A DNA stretch of 64,000 nucleotides from Pelomyxa schiedti. Taxonomy: Eukaryota; Protista; Evosea. Location of the stretch: positions 8,325 to 72,324 of the forward strand of contig JAHLWZ010000163.1 of assembly GCA_020536535.1 (NCBI GenBank), given 5' to 3'. The notes below the pieces were generated by a model, which was not told the DNA's origin, made no database searches, and worked only from the letters and a program-made list of their open reading frames with translations. The translations under genes were made by a program, and so were the position numbers. Below, piece by piece: positions 13,549-27,680 of the stretch (the stretch's first letter is position 1; every line of letters begins with the position of its first letter).

Positions 13549-14169
13549 GAGTTTGTAGACGACTACAATCCTGGTTTTGGTGGGATGGGTTGGAGACATT
13601 TCCCCTTCCTCTGTTTTATTGTACCACTACCACAAGTTCAAAGAAACACTTTTTTTTAAGCAGAAGCCATTCATTCCTTTCTCTTATCCTTTGCGTGCTT
13701 TGGTATTCACTGTTCTTAAGTACTTGGTACAGCTATGACCGTTCTTACTAGGATTTTAAAGGAATTCACTCACAGAATCTGGCACACCGGGGGTTGGAAT
13801 TGGGTTGTGAGTCTTGTTGGGATGTTGAGAACATGTGCTACAGCCTCGAGTTCATAAGTTGTCCTGGCAAAGTGAAGCTTGTCAGTTGGAACTTTCCAAG
13901 CCCGGCACGGGCACGAGGCTCGTCAGGTCAGTTGCGAACCAGTGGCATTTCGTACATCGACCCACAATGAGCGAGTTACCATACCGCAAAAAAGAAAACG
14001 CATCACCTCTCAATGTTTTGTGTTCTCTTCTGTCTCTCAGCTGCAGGCTGGGTATTTTTAGCGCAGGAAGTTTTTGTTTCATGGAACAGTGAACAGGAAA
14101 CTTCCTCTTCAATTCCACATGTGGTATCAGCGACTCCCAAAAGGAGTCTGTCTCACTTGCCACTTTTCT

Positions 14170-16620
14170 TCAGGGTTCTTGTACTTTGGAACGTTTTGGG
14201 GTGTGTTTGCTGTTGGGGTGGTGTTGTCTCTTTCTGGATAAAGAGTCTTCCTCATCAGCAGAATTCCCACCTGCAATAGGTGGAATCATCTGTTGCGGCC
14301 CCGTTGTTGTGTTTGGAAGGGTTTGTGATGGTGGGGGTGTGACCGGGCTTGAGGTGTGCTGATGCGGAGTATGACCCGTGTTGGGAATCAGAATTGCAGA
14401 GGTGGGTGATGGTGCCCCGGTTTGGGATGTGGATGAGGATGCGGTCGCAATATCCTGCATTTCCATTGGTTGCAGGCCTATATTTTGTGGGATGAGAATG
14501 GGATAAGCTTTCACCTTGAAGTATGGAATGTACCTTTTGAGTCCAGTGGTTCCCCGTTATCTTCCACTGATTCTCTGTGATGAGAGTGGGTGAAAAGGCA
14601 AAGTGCTCACGGAAATCTTACCTCTTCATGGTCATGGAACCGTTGGAAGGTGTGGAATTAGAGTGAGGGCCGGGGAGTCCATCTATGGGGGTGAAAGCGC
14701 TTGAGCCGGATGGTGCCTTTGGCGTTCCACTCTTTGTTGGTGCATTATTAGCAGAACAAATACTCAATATCGGTTCTATCACAAGCGGAGGTTGTTTATC
14801 TTCCTCCAGCGATTCCCTTTTCTCACTGATGCCTGCGTTAGCTGGGAGTTGTAGTGGAAAACCATACCCATTCTTAAGCATGGCCAACCGCTGTTGGATG
14901 AATTTCGAGTTTGGGTCAATCTCTGCGGCTCTTTTACATGCATCAATTGCATCAGGAATCTCGACAGATAATCAGAGAATAGAAAGGATGTCATGGGAAA
15001 ATACTTGGTTACAAGCCTCATACAATGTTCCAAGGTTATACCAAACTTCACTCAACGCAGGGCCAAGTTTAATGGATTTGGTAAAAGCATCAAGGGCATC
15101 CCGATACTGCAAATAAGTAAGTCGCGCCTAAAATTGGAGGGTTCAGGTCCAACTTGGGAGATTTTGTAATAAAGAATGCCAATTGAACACCAATAAGAAG
15201 AACTTTTAGCATCCTGATACCTTGTTGGTTTCAGATTTCATGGTTGTTTATTTAAATAGATACTTACACAGCCTGTTGATATGCCTGATACGCTTTTCTA
15301 TACTTCATTTGAGCCATATGGCATCTCCCAAGAAGATAAAATGCCTGTCCAGCGGATTGTGGGTCATTCAAATCTGTGTTATTGTCTACATTTTGTGTGT
15401 ATGAAGGAAACTTTGTACCTTGTTGTGTTGCTTTGGTGAGCAAGTCAATTGCGTCATCTGTTTTACTAAAAGCATAGTGATTTAGCCATCCAAGTAGAAT
15501 CATAAGCTGCTGAGTTTGTTTGGGGGAAGTGGGATTTTCCTTGAGAGCATGCTCATATGAGTCTTTGGCAAGTTCATACTGGACACGTTCAGACAAAAGT
15601 GATTGGATGACAATAAACCTCTTTTTGCAGCTCATATACATTCCCAATATGTGTCCAAATGTCCACTTTTGATAATGGATGTGGAGGCTTTGTGCATACT
15701 TGCTGAAATGACTGCGAAGTGTTGGTTTACAAGAAAATGGTACTCGGCACAACCTCAAGGGCTTGAGATAATTTTGATGGTTGCTGCTTGTACAGCATTC
15801 CCAGCCTGTAGTGTATTTCTGATGCCTTCTCAAAATCAGGATCCATCTTGAGAACAGCCATGAACGCTTCTTCAGCGTGATCATTTGAGCCAAATCTTTC
15901 ATATAAAATGCCAATTCCATACCAAAGATTTGGGTCCTAGCAAGTTTGAGGTTCTTATTAATGAAAATGAAATTACCTTTGGGTTATCGAGATGGTACAG
16001 TGCTTGTTGATAGGCACTGTAAGCCTTTTGCAGTTCATCTTGAAGCAGATGAACATGACCAAGAGCACCCCATATTTCTCCATTGGTAATGTCAATGTTG
16101 AGTATGCGCTGGAAATACTCTGCTGCCTGGCGGGTTTATATTAAAATAATTCCTGGAATAGCGGCCAATGGAGTTACCTTGGGATACTGTTCTCTTTGCC
16201 TAAAAATGAATGCAATGTAGGCAAGGGCCTTTGTGTTCCGTGGATTGTGCTTCAGTACATTCTCGTAGCACTCCATTGCCCTGTCAGTCTCACCCAAAGC
16301 TTCATTCATAGTCCCTGAATTTATAACAAGTTGAACAACAAAATTACATATAACAAGCCCAAGAATAGACAAATACCCAGTTTGAGCCAGGTCTGTTCGT
16401 TTGCGGCCACCAACTTGGTGTTGAGCGAAACACCCGTCGACGAAGGGGACTGCCCAACGACGCAGTTGCTGCTGATGACGTTTCCGTTGGTGCAACTGCT
16501 GGAATTGGTAGTCGCGGCGCCCGGCGACGTGCGGTTGCCGTTGTGGTGCTGTATTTGCGCAACGACGCCAGCTGTGGATTGTGGGTGGTGCGACGGCGTG
16601 CGGTGGTTTGCGTTGTTCAT
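14170..16620 (-). CDS. Ssn6/Cyc8-type TPR transcriptional corepressor (Dictyostelium TrfA-like)
   Basis: NEQTWLKLG...AMECYENVLKHNP; GEIWGALGHVHLLQDELQKAYSAYQQALYHL; DPNLWYGIGILYERFGSNDHAEEAF. About 10 TPRs in the Ssn6 order. Confidence 0.88.
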
Positions 16621-16773
16621 TTTTGGTGATGACCCGAGTAGCCCTCGGAGAAGAGACCAAGAAAGTAGTGTTGGAAAAAATGGAAAAGTGGTCATTTTCG
16701 TTGCTTCTTCGATTGATTGGCGTGGCGGTTTTTGGTGTTGTTAGACGAAAAGAATTCTTGCCACTTTTGGGTG

Positions 16774-18483
16774 TCACCCTCGTCTTCTTTTTTGGTTCTT
16801 GTGTTTGCTTTGGGGTGTGGGTTTTGTAGATGTCGTTGTTGGCGGGCTTCGCCGCGGAACTGTTGTATCAAAAACCTCCTTGAAGGGAACGAAATTACCT
16901 CGGGGGTTGTGGTTCTTAATTTTGTGGTCGTCTGTGGCTTGTTAGCAACCATAAAATTGACAATTCACACACCGAGGATAGCGAATATTATTCTGGCAAA
17001 TGCGCCTTGGTAATGTGCCATTACTTCTTTGAATAAATAGGCCATGTGCAATGGGGGGTTTCGGAATGCACCGCATCCGAATGCTGAAAGAACTAAGGAG
17101 TCGTACCCTTTTTGCCATCTGAACGTATTGGTGAGTATAACGGTGCTCAAACTTGTGGAAGATATTACGCAGTCTCAAAGATCAACGAGAGCTTATCTTT
17201 CGTTTTGTCTGCAAATTTTGGATCCATGGCAAATTCATTCTTCTGTGCCGTAGGCCAGTATTTAAGTGCAGGAACTAACTTTGGAGAAATGTATGCAGAT
17301 AACGCAATGAAATCGAACTGTTCGGGAGTACCCAGGAAAGCATATCCGTTCTTCATTTGATTCCGTGTTAATTGTTTATGATCATTCCCATATACACACT
17401 TCTTCTGACGCTCGGAAAACAGATACCCCTGAGGTTTTTTAGAATGAATTATTAGTATTAAGCAAATACCAGCGGAATAAACTGCACCAAACTCGGGAAG
17501 GGGATAACCCCAGGTCCGTTTTCGGTCTACATTTTCGGGATCTTCGAGGATTTGGAAGTAGTTGCTCCTGTATTTCATTTAGTCTAATGGAAGAGCTTGT
17601 TCACTTACCTCCGAAATAAATTTTCCTCTTGCCCATTAGCACCATTCATGTATCCGCCACCGGGACGCTTTGGTGAAGCCATGTTAAGAACTAAAGGCCG
17701 CAGCCCCTCGTGTTTCAGTCTTGAGGCTGTTCTGAAGTTACATTGACTGGGGGCTATGAAAAATTACCTGCAACTAAGCAGTCTTCATTAACAACTTCAA
17801 CATGTGTAGTCCGTTGGGGGCGTGGTTGTATTGGTGGAGGAACACTTGGAGTTGTAGTAATTGTACACGTCAGTGCTTGCTCTGGAGTTGATTCGTTAGT
17901 GACTGGAGTTGATTCTTCGGTGACTGATGTTGAAGTTGTGTTACTCTCCGTGTCGTGGGAGGGACGTTTTGGGGAGGAAACAGGACACCTCCTGGGATTT
18001 GTGTAGACTGGTTTGTGAACTTCCATCAGCGGTGGAGGTTCTGGTGGAACAGTAAATGAATGTTGTATCCCGTGGCTCATCACTAATTCAGAGGAGCAAG
18101 TGGCAGTTGTGAGTTGTGGTGTAGTGGTTATTACAACCGGGGCGCCAGTTAGAGGGTGAGGGTAACACATTTTGATGCAGGCATTACATGTCCCGTATTG
18201 CACTAGCTTTCTTGTTGTTTCAAATTCAGTCACCACAAAGTTCAGCACGTGTACCTCAAAGCGCGAAGAGAATCCGTGTCACTTTGCGAGGTGTAGTATT
18301 GAAACCATTTCTTCCACAACTCAGGTTCGAACTTGCACGCCGTAAGGAAGTCCAATGACTCAACACAGCACACTTTGCTGTAGTGCTTAAAAAAAACGAA
18401 GTAAATCAATCAGTCAATAGACCCCGTCTGCCGCAACCGTAACAACACACCACTTGTTGTTGTGCCCGCTCTTCCTCGTTCAT
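16774..18483 (-). CDS. TIGR02452/DUF2263 bacterial-type poly(ADP-ribose) glycohydrolase-like macrodomain protein
   Basis: VLNMASPKRPGGGYMNGANGQEENLFRRSNY (contains the PARG GGG-x-QEE signature), LVLSAFGCGAFRNPP, C-terminal DDHKIKNHNPRGNFVPFKEVF. Confidence 0.85.
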
Positions 18484-18538
18484 CTTTCTCCTTTGTTTTG
18501 CAGATCTCAAACTTCTTCGGTTTTCTCTAATTTATTCG

Positions 18539-19743
18539 ATGACGGAAACGGAGCGCGTGATGTGCGTATTAATTTCCCTGCTGTTGTGTACTTCTAATTT
18601 CTTTCATTTTATTTGATGCAGTAAGTTGCTGCTCACTGGTATTCTGATCTTCTCACTTTTTCTTGTTTTGTTTATTTATCCCATCACTTCCTCACAGGGG
18701 ACTCTGCCGTAGGCAAAAGTGGGTAATTTCTACTCTTTCCGTTTTGTTGCTTACAATGTATCAGCATCCCTTATTGTCCGCTATGTGGTAGGCCGAATTA
18801 TTTCTTTTTTTCTTCTTAAAAGCGCAGGAAAATACATTCAGTGATGCTCTCGAGGCACGAGGGCAAGACTTTGTATGGGCTCCCAGATATTATTATAGGA
18901 TCTAATACCCAATCATACATAAGCTCCAAAAAACAATCGAAATAGATTCCCACCCAGTAACTGTGAGAATTGTATGCTTTAGAAACCACCTTTGATATTA
19001 TCAAATCTTATTTAACTTTCTCTAGTTCGATACAGCTGGCCAAGAGAGGTTAAGAAGCTCTTTTTCCTTTTTTTTTTTTTTGGAGATTTTTACTTATTTA
19101 CATCAGATTCGCTACTATTACTAGTTCATGTATTTCCATGCAAGTCATATAAGAAAACTCAACTGATTTTGTTATATGTCTGCTAATTAGACTACCGAGG
19201 TGCCTCTGGCATAATTGTTGTATAGTATGCTTCCATAAAATCTCTAAGCCAATTCCCACTATCATAGTGATATAACAGACAATGAAACATTTCAAAATGC
19301 TCGGTATTGGATAAGAGAAATTGAAAGATATTCACCAGGGGTGGCAGTTATGCTGGTTGGAAACAAGGTAACGTGTGAAAGCCGCAGCGACCTTAATTTC
19401 CCAATTAGTCTGATCTTGAAGAGAAACGGGTTGTACCCACAGCCAAGGGGGAAGAACTTGCCCACGGCTATGGGATTCCGTTTCTGTAGCCCGCCTTTTT
19501 TCTTGTGTGCGCCTTATTTGTAATAGGGAATGCAGTGCACTTACTCCTAAAAATGTGGAAGAAGCATTTAGTACCGTTCTGAATGAAGTCAACAAAAAAG
19601 GGTGTGTGCAATTTCCCACTACACTTCACTCAACTCCCAAAAGGTCTCTAGGTTCCGTACGCATTTCTTCTTCTCCTTCTTTCGTGCTTAAAGACATGGA
19701 TTCAACAACACATACCAAAAAGAACAACTGCGCATGTACTTGA
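18539..19743 (+). CDS. Rab GTPase (Rab1/8-like group, divergent switch I), highly fragmented into small exons
   Basis: [63 protein letters not shown], C-terminal CACT*. Confidence 0.93.
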
Positions 19744-19854
19744 ATGTTTTTTAAAAAAATAAAAAGAAAATTTTGTACAAACCAAAATCATTTTAAGTTT
19801 ACTTAAACTACTTTACCCTTTGCTTTTTTCCCTTCCCACGCATGCAGCTTTTTG

Positions 19855-22800
19855 TTAAAAAGCTGGTGGGGGAATATCAAACAATGGAGGTGGTGGTATA
19901 GATGATGCAGGTGGCCTCATGAAGTCAAATGTCACTGGGAGGCCAACACGCTGCGGGGATTGAGGGGGTGGTATTACATTTGAGGTGTTGTTGCCTGTTG
20001 CTGATGGTGGGGGAGGGGGCCCACAGGGAGGTAGTATGTCAACAGGGGGAGGTGGTGGCATAATGAGGGTGATTGGGGGTGGCCCGGAAGATACCGGTGG
20101 TGGTTGTGGTGGGGGTGACGAGATTGTGGGAGATACTGCAGGGAGGTTTGATGTCGGTGTAGTTGTAGTTGTTGGTTGAGTTGCCGATGCTGTGGTTGCT
20201 GGGGTTGTTGTTGGGGTTGGAGGAGGTGCGTGGGACGGGGGGCGGTCTGAGGGTGGTGGCGGTGCGGAATCTTTGAGGGAAGCGATTGAGGGAGTGGCGG
20301 TGGGATAGGATTCTGGGGTTTCGTCGGCGCTGGGTATTGGGTCACTCCCCCTTCTTTGGCGGGCGGAACTGCTCCCGTCACTGTGATTTGAGGGATCCAA
20401 GTTGGGGACTGTGGGAAGCAGTATGCTTGTGGGTGTGCGTTTATGGGACTGGCAAAATCTCTTTTTGGTGTCAATAATCCACTCGTGCATCTTCTGCATT
20501 AGGAGCTGCTTTTCTGAATCACAAGAGGCATAAAACAGGAATCTTGGCTGTTTTTTTTCCTTTGCTACATCAATTCGTTCAAGCTGAAAGCCATGTGATG
20601 GTTGACCTAACAACACACTTTCAGTCAAGGAATCCCCAATGGGAACAATACCCGCAGAATCAATAATGTTTGTAATTCTGCATTGTGTCATTGGAATATA
20701 GCCTTTCAATACAAGTTTATGGTGTCTGGTGGTTTCCAGCTTTCCCGTTGGTATTTTGACAACAACAATAAGGTCCGTGAAAATCTAGAAAAGTAAACGT
20801 TGACATGAGAAATATTAGGAGAAGTACAAATATCCGGTAATCATGCTCTTTTCCATTTCTCCTGTCAATGCCCCGCAATTTTTGGTCCATTACATAACGT
20901 CGAGTAGGAGTGATTAGTTCCTGTGATAAGTTTGGTGTTTCAAAACAACAAAAAAAAATTCTTACTTGGCCTTCCCAATCTTCAACGCTGTTGTTGATTT
21001 CCATGATTTTTTGTTGCATTTCAAAAACTCGTTTTCCTATTTATTGTCAAAAAACCAGCAACATGAAGGAGGACTCACCTTCATTGATATATTTTACTAC
21101 TTGCTCAATTTGTTGTTGTGCCTGTACCAATGCTGCATAATCTGCATGGTCTTGAGGGGTGTGTTTGATTAATTCCCTAAAGAACAATGGATACTACAGT
21201 GCAAATACGTAAGAATAAGAAGTGGTCTTATCCCATTACCTTGCATATTCGTTGGACAGGTTTTATAATATAACCTATCAATTGAACCCCCTTGGCCCGC
21301 TTATCTTCGTTGCACTTGGCTAAAAATTTCATCCATTCAGATTCAACTTTGAGTTCATCATACAACAGAAGAGCTTGGTCTTGGCTGGCACAATAAGTAG
21401 TGTACATCTTTTCTTCAAATCAGCTTTCTGCATTTAGTTTTACGGAAAATACACACCTTGAAGTACTGACTCTTTTTTCAGAGGTTAGAAAGTATCGGAT
21501 AAATAAAAGGACAACCATTGATTTGAAAATATCTCCCACAAATTCGCCATTGTTCGTCACGGTGTTATCTAGTAACTTATCTAGAACTTCCTTGTGAATG
21601 GGCAATAACATCTCAAAGTTGCTGAAGAGTCTGTTTATTTCTTCTTCCTTCAATACTTGACTGGACTTGATGGGAACAAGGAAAACCTTCTCTGTATGAG
21701 ACACGTACAAATTAGAGAATTAGAGTCGAACCTCTTCTAAGATCTTCAAATCATCAAGATAAGTCTGCTCTGTGGTAATAATTTCGCGGATACAGGCGGC
21801 TCTCATCCTTGCACGTTTCGCAATGGCTTCGGCGATTTCCTCAGCAGTAGGTGCTAAGACGCAGTTAAGGTGACTATCAATCATATGGCAAGCATACGGC
21901 GATCTTCGTCGGAATCTTCCTCTTTCACAGGCTGTGCAGGGGTGGATTCTTCAGGTTTAGTTTCTATAGGCGTAGTCTCTGCAACTTGTGTATTTGTTGT
22001 TGCAGGGAGTGCAGATGCATGTTCAAGTGGAGGGGTTGTAGAAGGTTTGGTTACTGGGGGAGAACAGGAACGAGGGGTGGAGTCAGCCGATTCTTTTAGT
22101 TCAACTTTTACAGGTGCTGGAATCTTGTTCGCTTGACTTTCATCACTTTGAGTTGAAGGAGACATTTGCACAATTGGACTGCTTGGTAATCTTCTTCCAA
22201 TAAGACTACGTGATGAGAGTGGTGAAGAAACAGCATTTTTATCAAAACTAGAGGGAAACCGTTTCAGAAATGAAAAGTAATCGGTAAATTTTACCTTTGT
22301 TTCCAGTGCAGAGACTGAGGAGGAAAACGATTGAAATTTGGAGCGGCACCCTGGGAGTGTGTAGTTAGACATGCCAACTTGGAGTTGAAGTACCTGTGGC
22401 CCTTCAGCAGTATGTGGTTCTGGGGAATTTTTTACACTAGGTGTCTGAGGGGGTGTGGAAGAAGTAGAAACTGGTACTTCATGTTGAGTTTGAGATGTGT
22501 CTTGCTTGTTTCCTGGAGGACCGTGTGCAACTGGCGAGGGAAGGGAACTGACTGGTTGCTCCTCATGGACTGCAGTGGGATGTGTAGTTGAGGGGGGAAC
22601 TGGTCGCCCAGGGGGCGGGGATTTGGCGTGTGCTGTAGTGACAACTGGGGGGTGAGATTGTACAGCAGGAGGAGGCTGTGAGGTAGAAGACAGAGGAGCT
22701 TGGGAATGTGTTGCTGGTGGCTGTGGGTGAGCTGGTGAGGGGTGGGCACTTAGTTTTGGATCAGACGCTTGCCGAGGAACAGGCTGCGCAGTAGCAGCAA

Positions 22801-24265
22801 CTTGTGGGTGGGCAGCAGGCTGCGAGGTAGCTTGTGGTGAGCTCAGAGACTGGGGGTGTTCACCCGGTGGTGAGCCCACAAGAGGTGGAGTGCGTGCAAG
22901 GGGTGGACTTCGGCTTATCTGCACTGGCTGTGGTGTTGGCTGTGAAGGATGCTGTGGTGTTGGCAGTGATGGATGCTGCGGTGTTGGTTGTGAAGGATGT
23001 TGTGATGTTGGTTGTGATGGATGCAGTGTCGGTTGTGCCTGTGCCTGTGTTGTTTGTGCTTGTGTTTGTTGTTGTGGTATTTGTGTTTGTGTGGGTGGTT
23101 GCTGCTTTTGCTGTGGTGGTGGTGTTGGCTGGGATTGTCTTTGCACCTGTGATTGGGCAGAGGGGATTTGTTGCTGCGAGGTGCGTAGCGCTGCGCGAGG
23201 AGGGGGAGCCACCGGGGGGTGTGATGGTGGCCGCGAGGCAGCTGGCTGGGTGGCACTTATGGGTGGCGTGTTGGTGTGCGTGAGAGACGGGGAAGGTGAG
23301 TGCGAAGGGGCGGGCGAGGGAGAGTGGGGACTGGGACTAGGAGAAGTATACGAGGACGACGAGTAGGCGTCCAGGTCCCCAGGATCGCCGTAGGCCGAGT
23401 AAGGGTCGTAAGAAGACGGCGGGCTAGTTGCACGCACGAGGGTAGGAGTAGTTCCACTAGTAGCCGCCGCCGTGGTTGCAGCAGTAGTAGTAGTAGTCCC
23501 TGTGGGTCCGTGTCCAAGTGGCGTGGGGCTCGGGGAGGTGGCGGGAGGGCCTGTTAGTGCCGCCGTGTGTGTCTGGGCCTGCACGGGATGCAGCGGCTGC
23601 GGCTGCGGCTGCGGCTGCGGCTGGGCGGCGTGCGCTGGGGGGTGTGCGGGCGTGGGGTGCGGCGGCGGGGGCTGCTGCTGCGGCGGCGGCTGCCCAGGAG
23701 GCGGCGAAGTGTGCGGCTGCGTGGCTTGGGGTGGGGGCAGGCGCCGGCCAGGGGGAGGCGTTGGTTGTGTCTGTGCCTGGGTATGGGTCTGTGGGTGCGG
23801 CTGAGGCTGAGGCTGTGGCTGTGGGGAGGGGGGCTGCGGTTGCTGCGGCGGGGTTGTTGGCTGGGGGTGTGTTTGGGGCGGGGGTTGCGGCTGGGCTCGG
23901 CCGCGGGCTGCCGGAGGCGGGAGCGGGCGAGAGGCAGCGGCAGCGGTAGCCGGTGGGGGAACTACTGCGGTTGTTGGTGGCGGTTGCTGTTGGTGCTGCT
24001 GAGGAGGGGGGGCCGGAGATGGTGGGTGGAGGAGACCCTGCTGCGCAGGAGGCGGGTCCGGCGAGGCCGTCGGCGCCGTAGGGGGCGAGCGGGGAGGGGG
24101 CCTAGCTGGGGGCCCAGCGCCCGGCGGCCCCGACGCCGAGGGGTGCGGGGGAGGCAGCCGCGCCGGGGGGGCCCCGCCGCCTCCCTGGTACTGCCCGGGG
24201 ATGGGCCGGCCTGGTGGCGGCTGGGCCTGGGGATGGGCTTGGTGCCCCGATTGCGGTGAGCTCAT
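19855..24265 (-). CDS. RhoGEF (DH-PH) with Pro/Gln-rich N- and C-termini
   Basis: RAACIREIITTEQTYLDDLKIL, INRLFSNFEMLLPIHKEVL, PH-like region RRYVMDQKL...FLFYASCDSEKQ. Confidence 0.88.
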
Positions 24266-24696
24266 TTCGTGGTTGTTTTTTACTTCCGTGTGCTGTTTCG
24301 TGACGGAACAGTTCGTTTTTTGGATGTTGGGTGTTGGGGGCTGGAAAAAGTGGAATGTCACATACCGACACTATTGTTTCCTCCCCAAGACTCGTGATCC
24401 TCAATTGGTTCCCCGCCCCCGACTGTCAACAGATCTGTCGGTAATGCACTTCAAGGTCAACTTCGATCAGTCCTTACAAGTCTGTGAAGTGGCTGCAGAT
24501 CTCAATCTCATTTTTCGTTGACACGCAATAATCGCGAGGAAAACGAAACCACAAAACAAGAAAGAAAGCCGAAGTTCGTTTCCCGTTTGCCGTGCCGCGA
24601 CGGCTGGCACCAACAAGAAAAGAATAACACCCTAGTGCCTCAACGCGAGGTGTTCAAAGAAAGAAAAAAAAAACGATTTCGATACCGGAAAAAGAA

Positions 24697-27523
24697 ATGA
24701 GCAGTCAGGTTCAACTGAAGGTCCATCAACTTTCTCCTCGGGGCCTCTCAGGCCCTTTGGTTTCGACAGGGACCCCGCCGTCGAAATTGCCCCCTTGGCC
24801 GCCGACGTCTGCCTCGACCCACGCGTCGCCGTCGCCGTCGCCCACCGGTGGCGCCACTTCCCTGCTCTCCAGCCAAAACCATCAAACGCAACCGCAACCA
24901 CAACACCACCACCAATTCGCCCAATTCCCGCAGCACCAACACCAAAACCAAACTCCTGCTCAGACCCAAAATCAAATCGCACACCAACGCGCCGCCGCCA
25001 ACTTATGTCACCCTCCACAACAACAACAGCAGCAACTGCAGCAGCAAAAACCCGCCGAAAATCCATTTCATCCACCAAATTCGCCACAGACGGCCCCTGC
25101 ATCTGGGGCCACGACCGGATCTGCGATCTCCCCTTCACCTGGGTCCAATGCGGCACTGGGCAACGCAGCTGCTGAATGTCTACCACCAATCAGCTCACCG
25201 AGATCTCCTAGACTCCCGGGGTCGCCGAGATCTCAGGCAGTCGTAAAACAACAGCCCCCTGCAAGAAAGCACAGTCACACACACTCGCCCTCTGATTCCG
25301 GCGTTCGAATGCTGCCGCCGGCGTCTCCTTCTACATTACAGCATTTTTCCTTTCGACCTGAAGCAGCACATACAGGGTCACGTAGTGGTTCTGCATCTTC
25401 ACCACCAGCTTCCCGTACCGGCAACACACCTTCTTCATGTGACACATTTCCTCAGCTATCTCCTAGAGAGAGGGCGAGAAGAGCTTCTGCAAACATTTCA
25501 CAACAACAGCCACGGCATTCTTCCACTTTGACAAATTCAGTAGAAGAATGCCAACCAACTATACTTCAACTTCAAATACTCAACTCGTCACAGCGACTCC
25601 ATGGAAAAGCTGACGATTCCACTACTTCAGCACTACCATCACCTCACTCTCAAAATCGAGAGACAAGCACCACTCGCTCGCGGTCTGTGTCTCTGACATC
25701 CAAAACGGGCCTTCCAACTCCTACGCACAACGGAGATGATACGAGCGTTTTACCTCAGGAGGAGCTTGTCCATCCTGAGAAATCGTTTGTCTTTCGTTAT
25801 AAAGTTGGTGTGGGCTCCCCAAAATATGGCAATCTTTAATATCTCACAGGAGAGGGGAGTTTTGGTTCTGTGTGGAAAGCTATCCACCGTACAGGGCGCA
25901 TTTTTGCAATTAAAAAGGTACATGTCTCTCAGATAAACTCCTTATTCTTTCAAGGTACCTATAGACGATAACCTAGGTGATTTAAGCAAAGAAGTCGAAT
26001 TCATGAAGTCTATGAAAAGTGAGTGGATAGTGAGGTAAATCGAACAAACATATTAAACCCCAACGTATTAAACTCAACCCTCACTTTTCAAAGGTACTTT
26101 GGAAGTTGCACTATCAGCGGAGAATTCTGGATAATTATGGGTACTTAGTCTTCCGTTCGTCACATATTTTTACCTTGTTTTTAGAATTTTGTGGTGCTGG
26201 AAGTTTAAGGGCGATAATGAAAACCTGTCGGGTCAGTTTTTCATTTTTTTTTATGCTGCTAAGTTTTTCTAGAGAAATCTCGTAGAAAAAGAAATCGCGA
26301 GAGCTGTTAATCACATCCTCCATGGTTTACACTATCTTCATAGTATACGGAAACTCCACAGAGACATCAAAGTACCGTTTTATTTGCACAAAATGTTACT
26401 ATTGAGTTATTTAAAAATTTTATCTAGGCCAGCAATGTGTTAGTAGATGATAAGGGTATCTGCAAACTTTCAGACTTCGGGGTCAGTGGGCAGCTAACAG
26501 ATGCGCACTGCAGAAGACACACCATGATTGGGACACCTTTTTGGATGGCCCCAGAAGTAAGTTTCATCTTCAGTACTGTGTTTTTATAACTTGTACAGGT
26601 AATACGAGATGTTGGGTATGACGAACATGCTGATATTTGGTCATTAGGAATTACCTGCATAGAGCTTGCAGAAGTAATCCCTTTAGTGACTGGCTTCTCC
26701 TCTTAACAGAAAAATACTTTAGGGGAAGCCCCCGCACTTCGATTTAAGTCCTATAAAAGCTATTTTCTACATACCAAACTGGGATCCTCCTACTCTACAG
26801 TCTAAAGCCGCTTGGACAGCACCTTTCCATAACTTTTTATCACGAGTACTGACAAAAGACCCTGAAGTCAGGTTTTTACCATTAATCTTTTTACAGATTA
26901 TAAGAAATATTTCTCCAGGCCTCTCACTGAAGCCCTGCTGGAAGACCCTTTTGTACATAATTTGACTTCCGACACCCTTTTAGGTATTATTACGTTTAAT
27001 TACTGCCCTTATACAATAAAACGAAGACCTTGTCCGAGAGCAAGAGCAGGCTAGAGGATCACAAGGTGGCTCTTATCATGATGATGACAGTTCTAAAGAG
27101 AATAGTCTCAAAGGCGTTACTACCTCAGATAGCGACTCGGATGTTGGTAGTGCCGATGGGTCGACTTCTCGTCAGTTTAACACCTCTTTGTCACTTCAAG
27201 GTGTTACCGCCAACAGAGGTTAGTTTATGAATCAAGGTCCACACTGTTTCTTAACATCAAGGGGAAAAAAGGAGTTGTGACAAAAACCAGCCCGCGTTGT
27301 CACAACTGTGAAGTAATGACAAAGGAAATGCATCTTCTACGTGATAAAGTGAGCAAGCTGGAAGCTCAGGTTTGGAGAGCCTAACTACTTCCCAAAAATA
27401 ACACAAGCAAAGCTTGAAAAAGTTGGCTCTGATTTGCTGAAAGTGTCGAACGAAGCAAACCTTTATAAAGGACAAGTACTAGTTTTTGAGAAATTAATGT
27501 CCCAATCCCAGTCTCCACCCTGA
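24697..27523 (+). CDS. STE20-family (MST/Krs-like) Ser/Thr kinase
   Basis: [11 protein letters not shown]...[57 protein letters not shown]; C-terminal coiled coil. Confidence 0.93.
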
Positions 27524-27680
27524 CATGACACATTGCGCTCTTTTTTTTTGTATCACCACGCACTATAAGATAAAACAAGAAGAAAAGAGTAGTCTAAACA
27601 GTAACATTCTTTTGTCTTTTTCGCTTATGTAAAAGGGGAAGAACAGCTTCTTAGTCTGTGGGTTTCTGCTTGGTAGTTCT

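Noticed and set aside
22830-24260. Multiple Cys/Gly-rich plus-strand ORFs
   Set aside because: Antisense shadows of the Pro/Gln-rich RhoGEF N-terminus.
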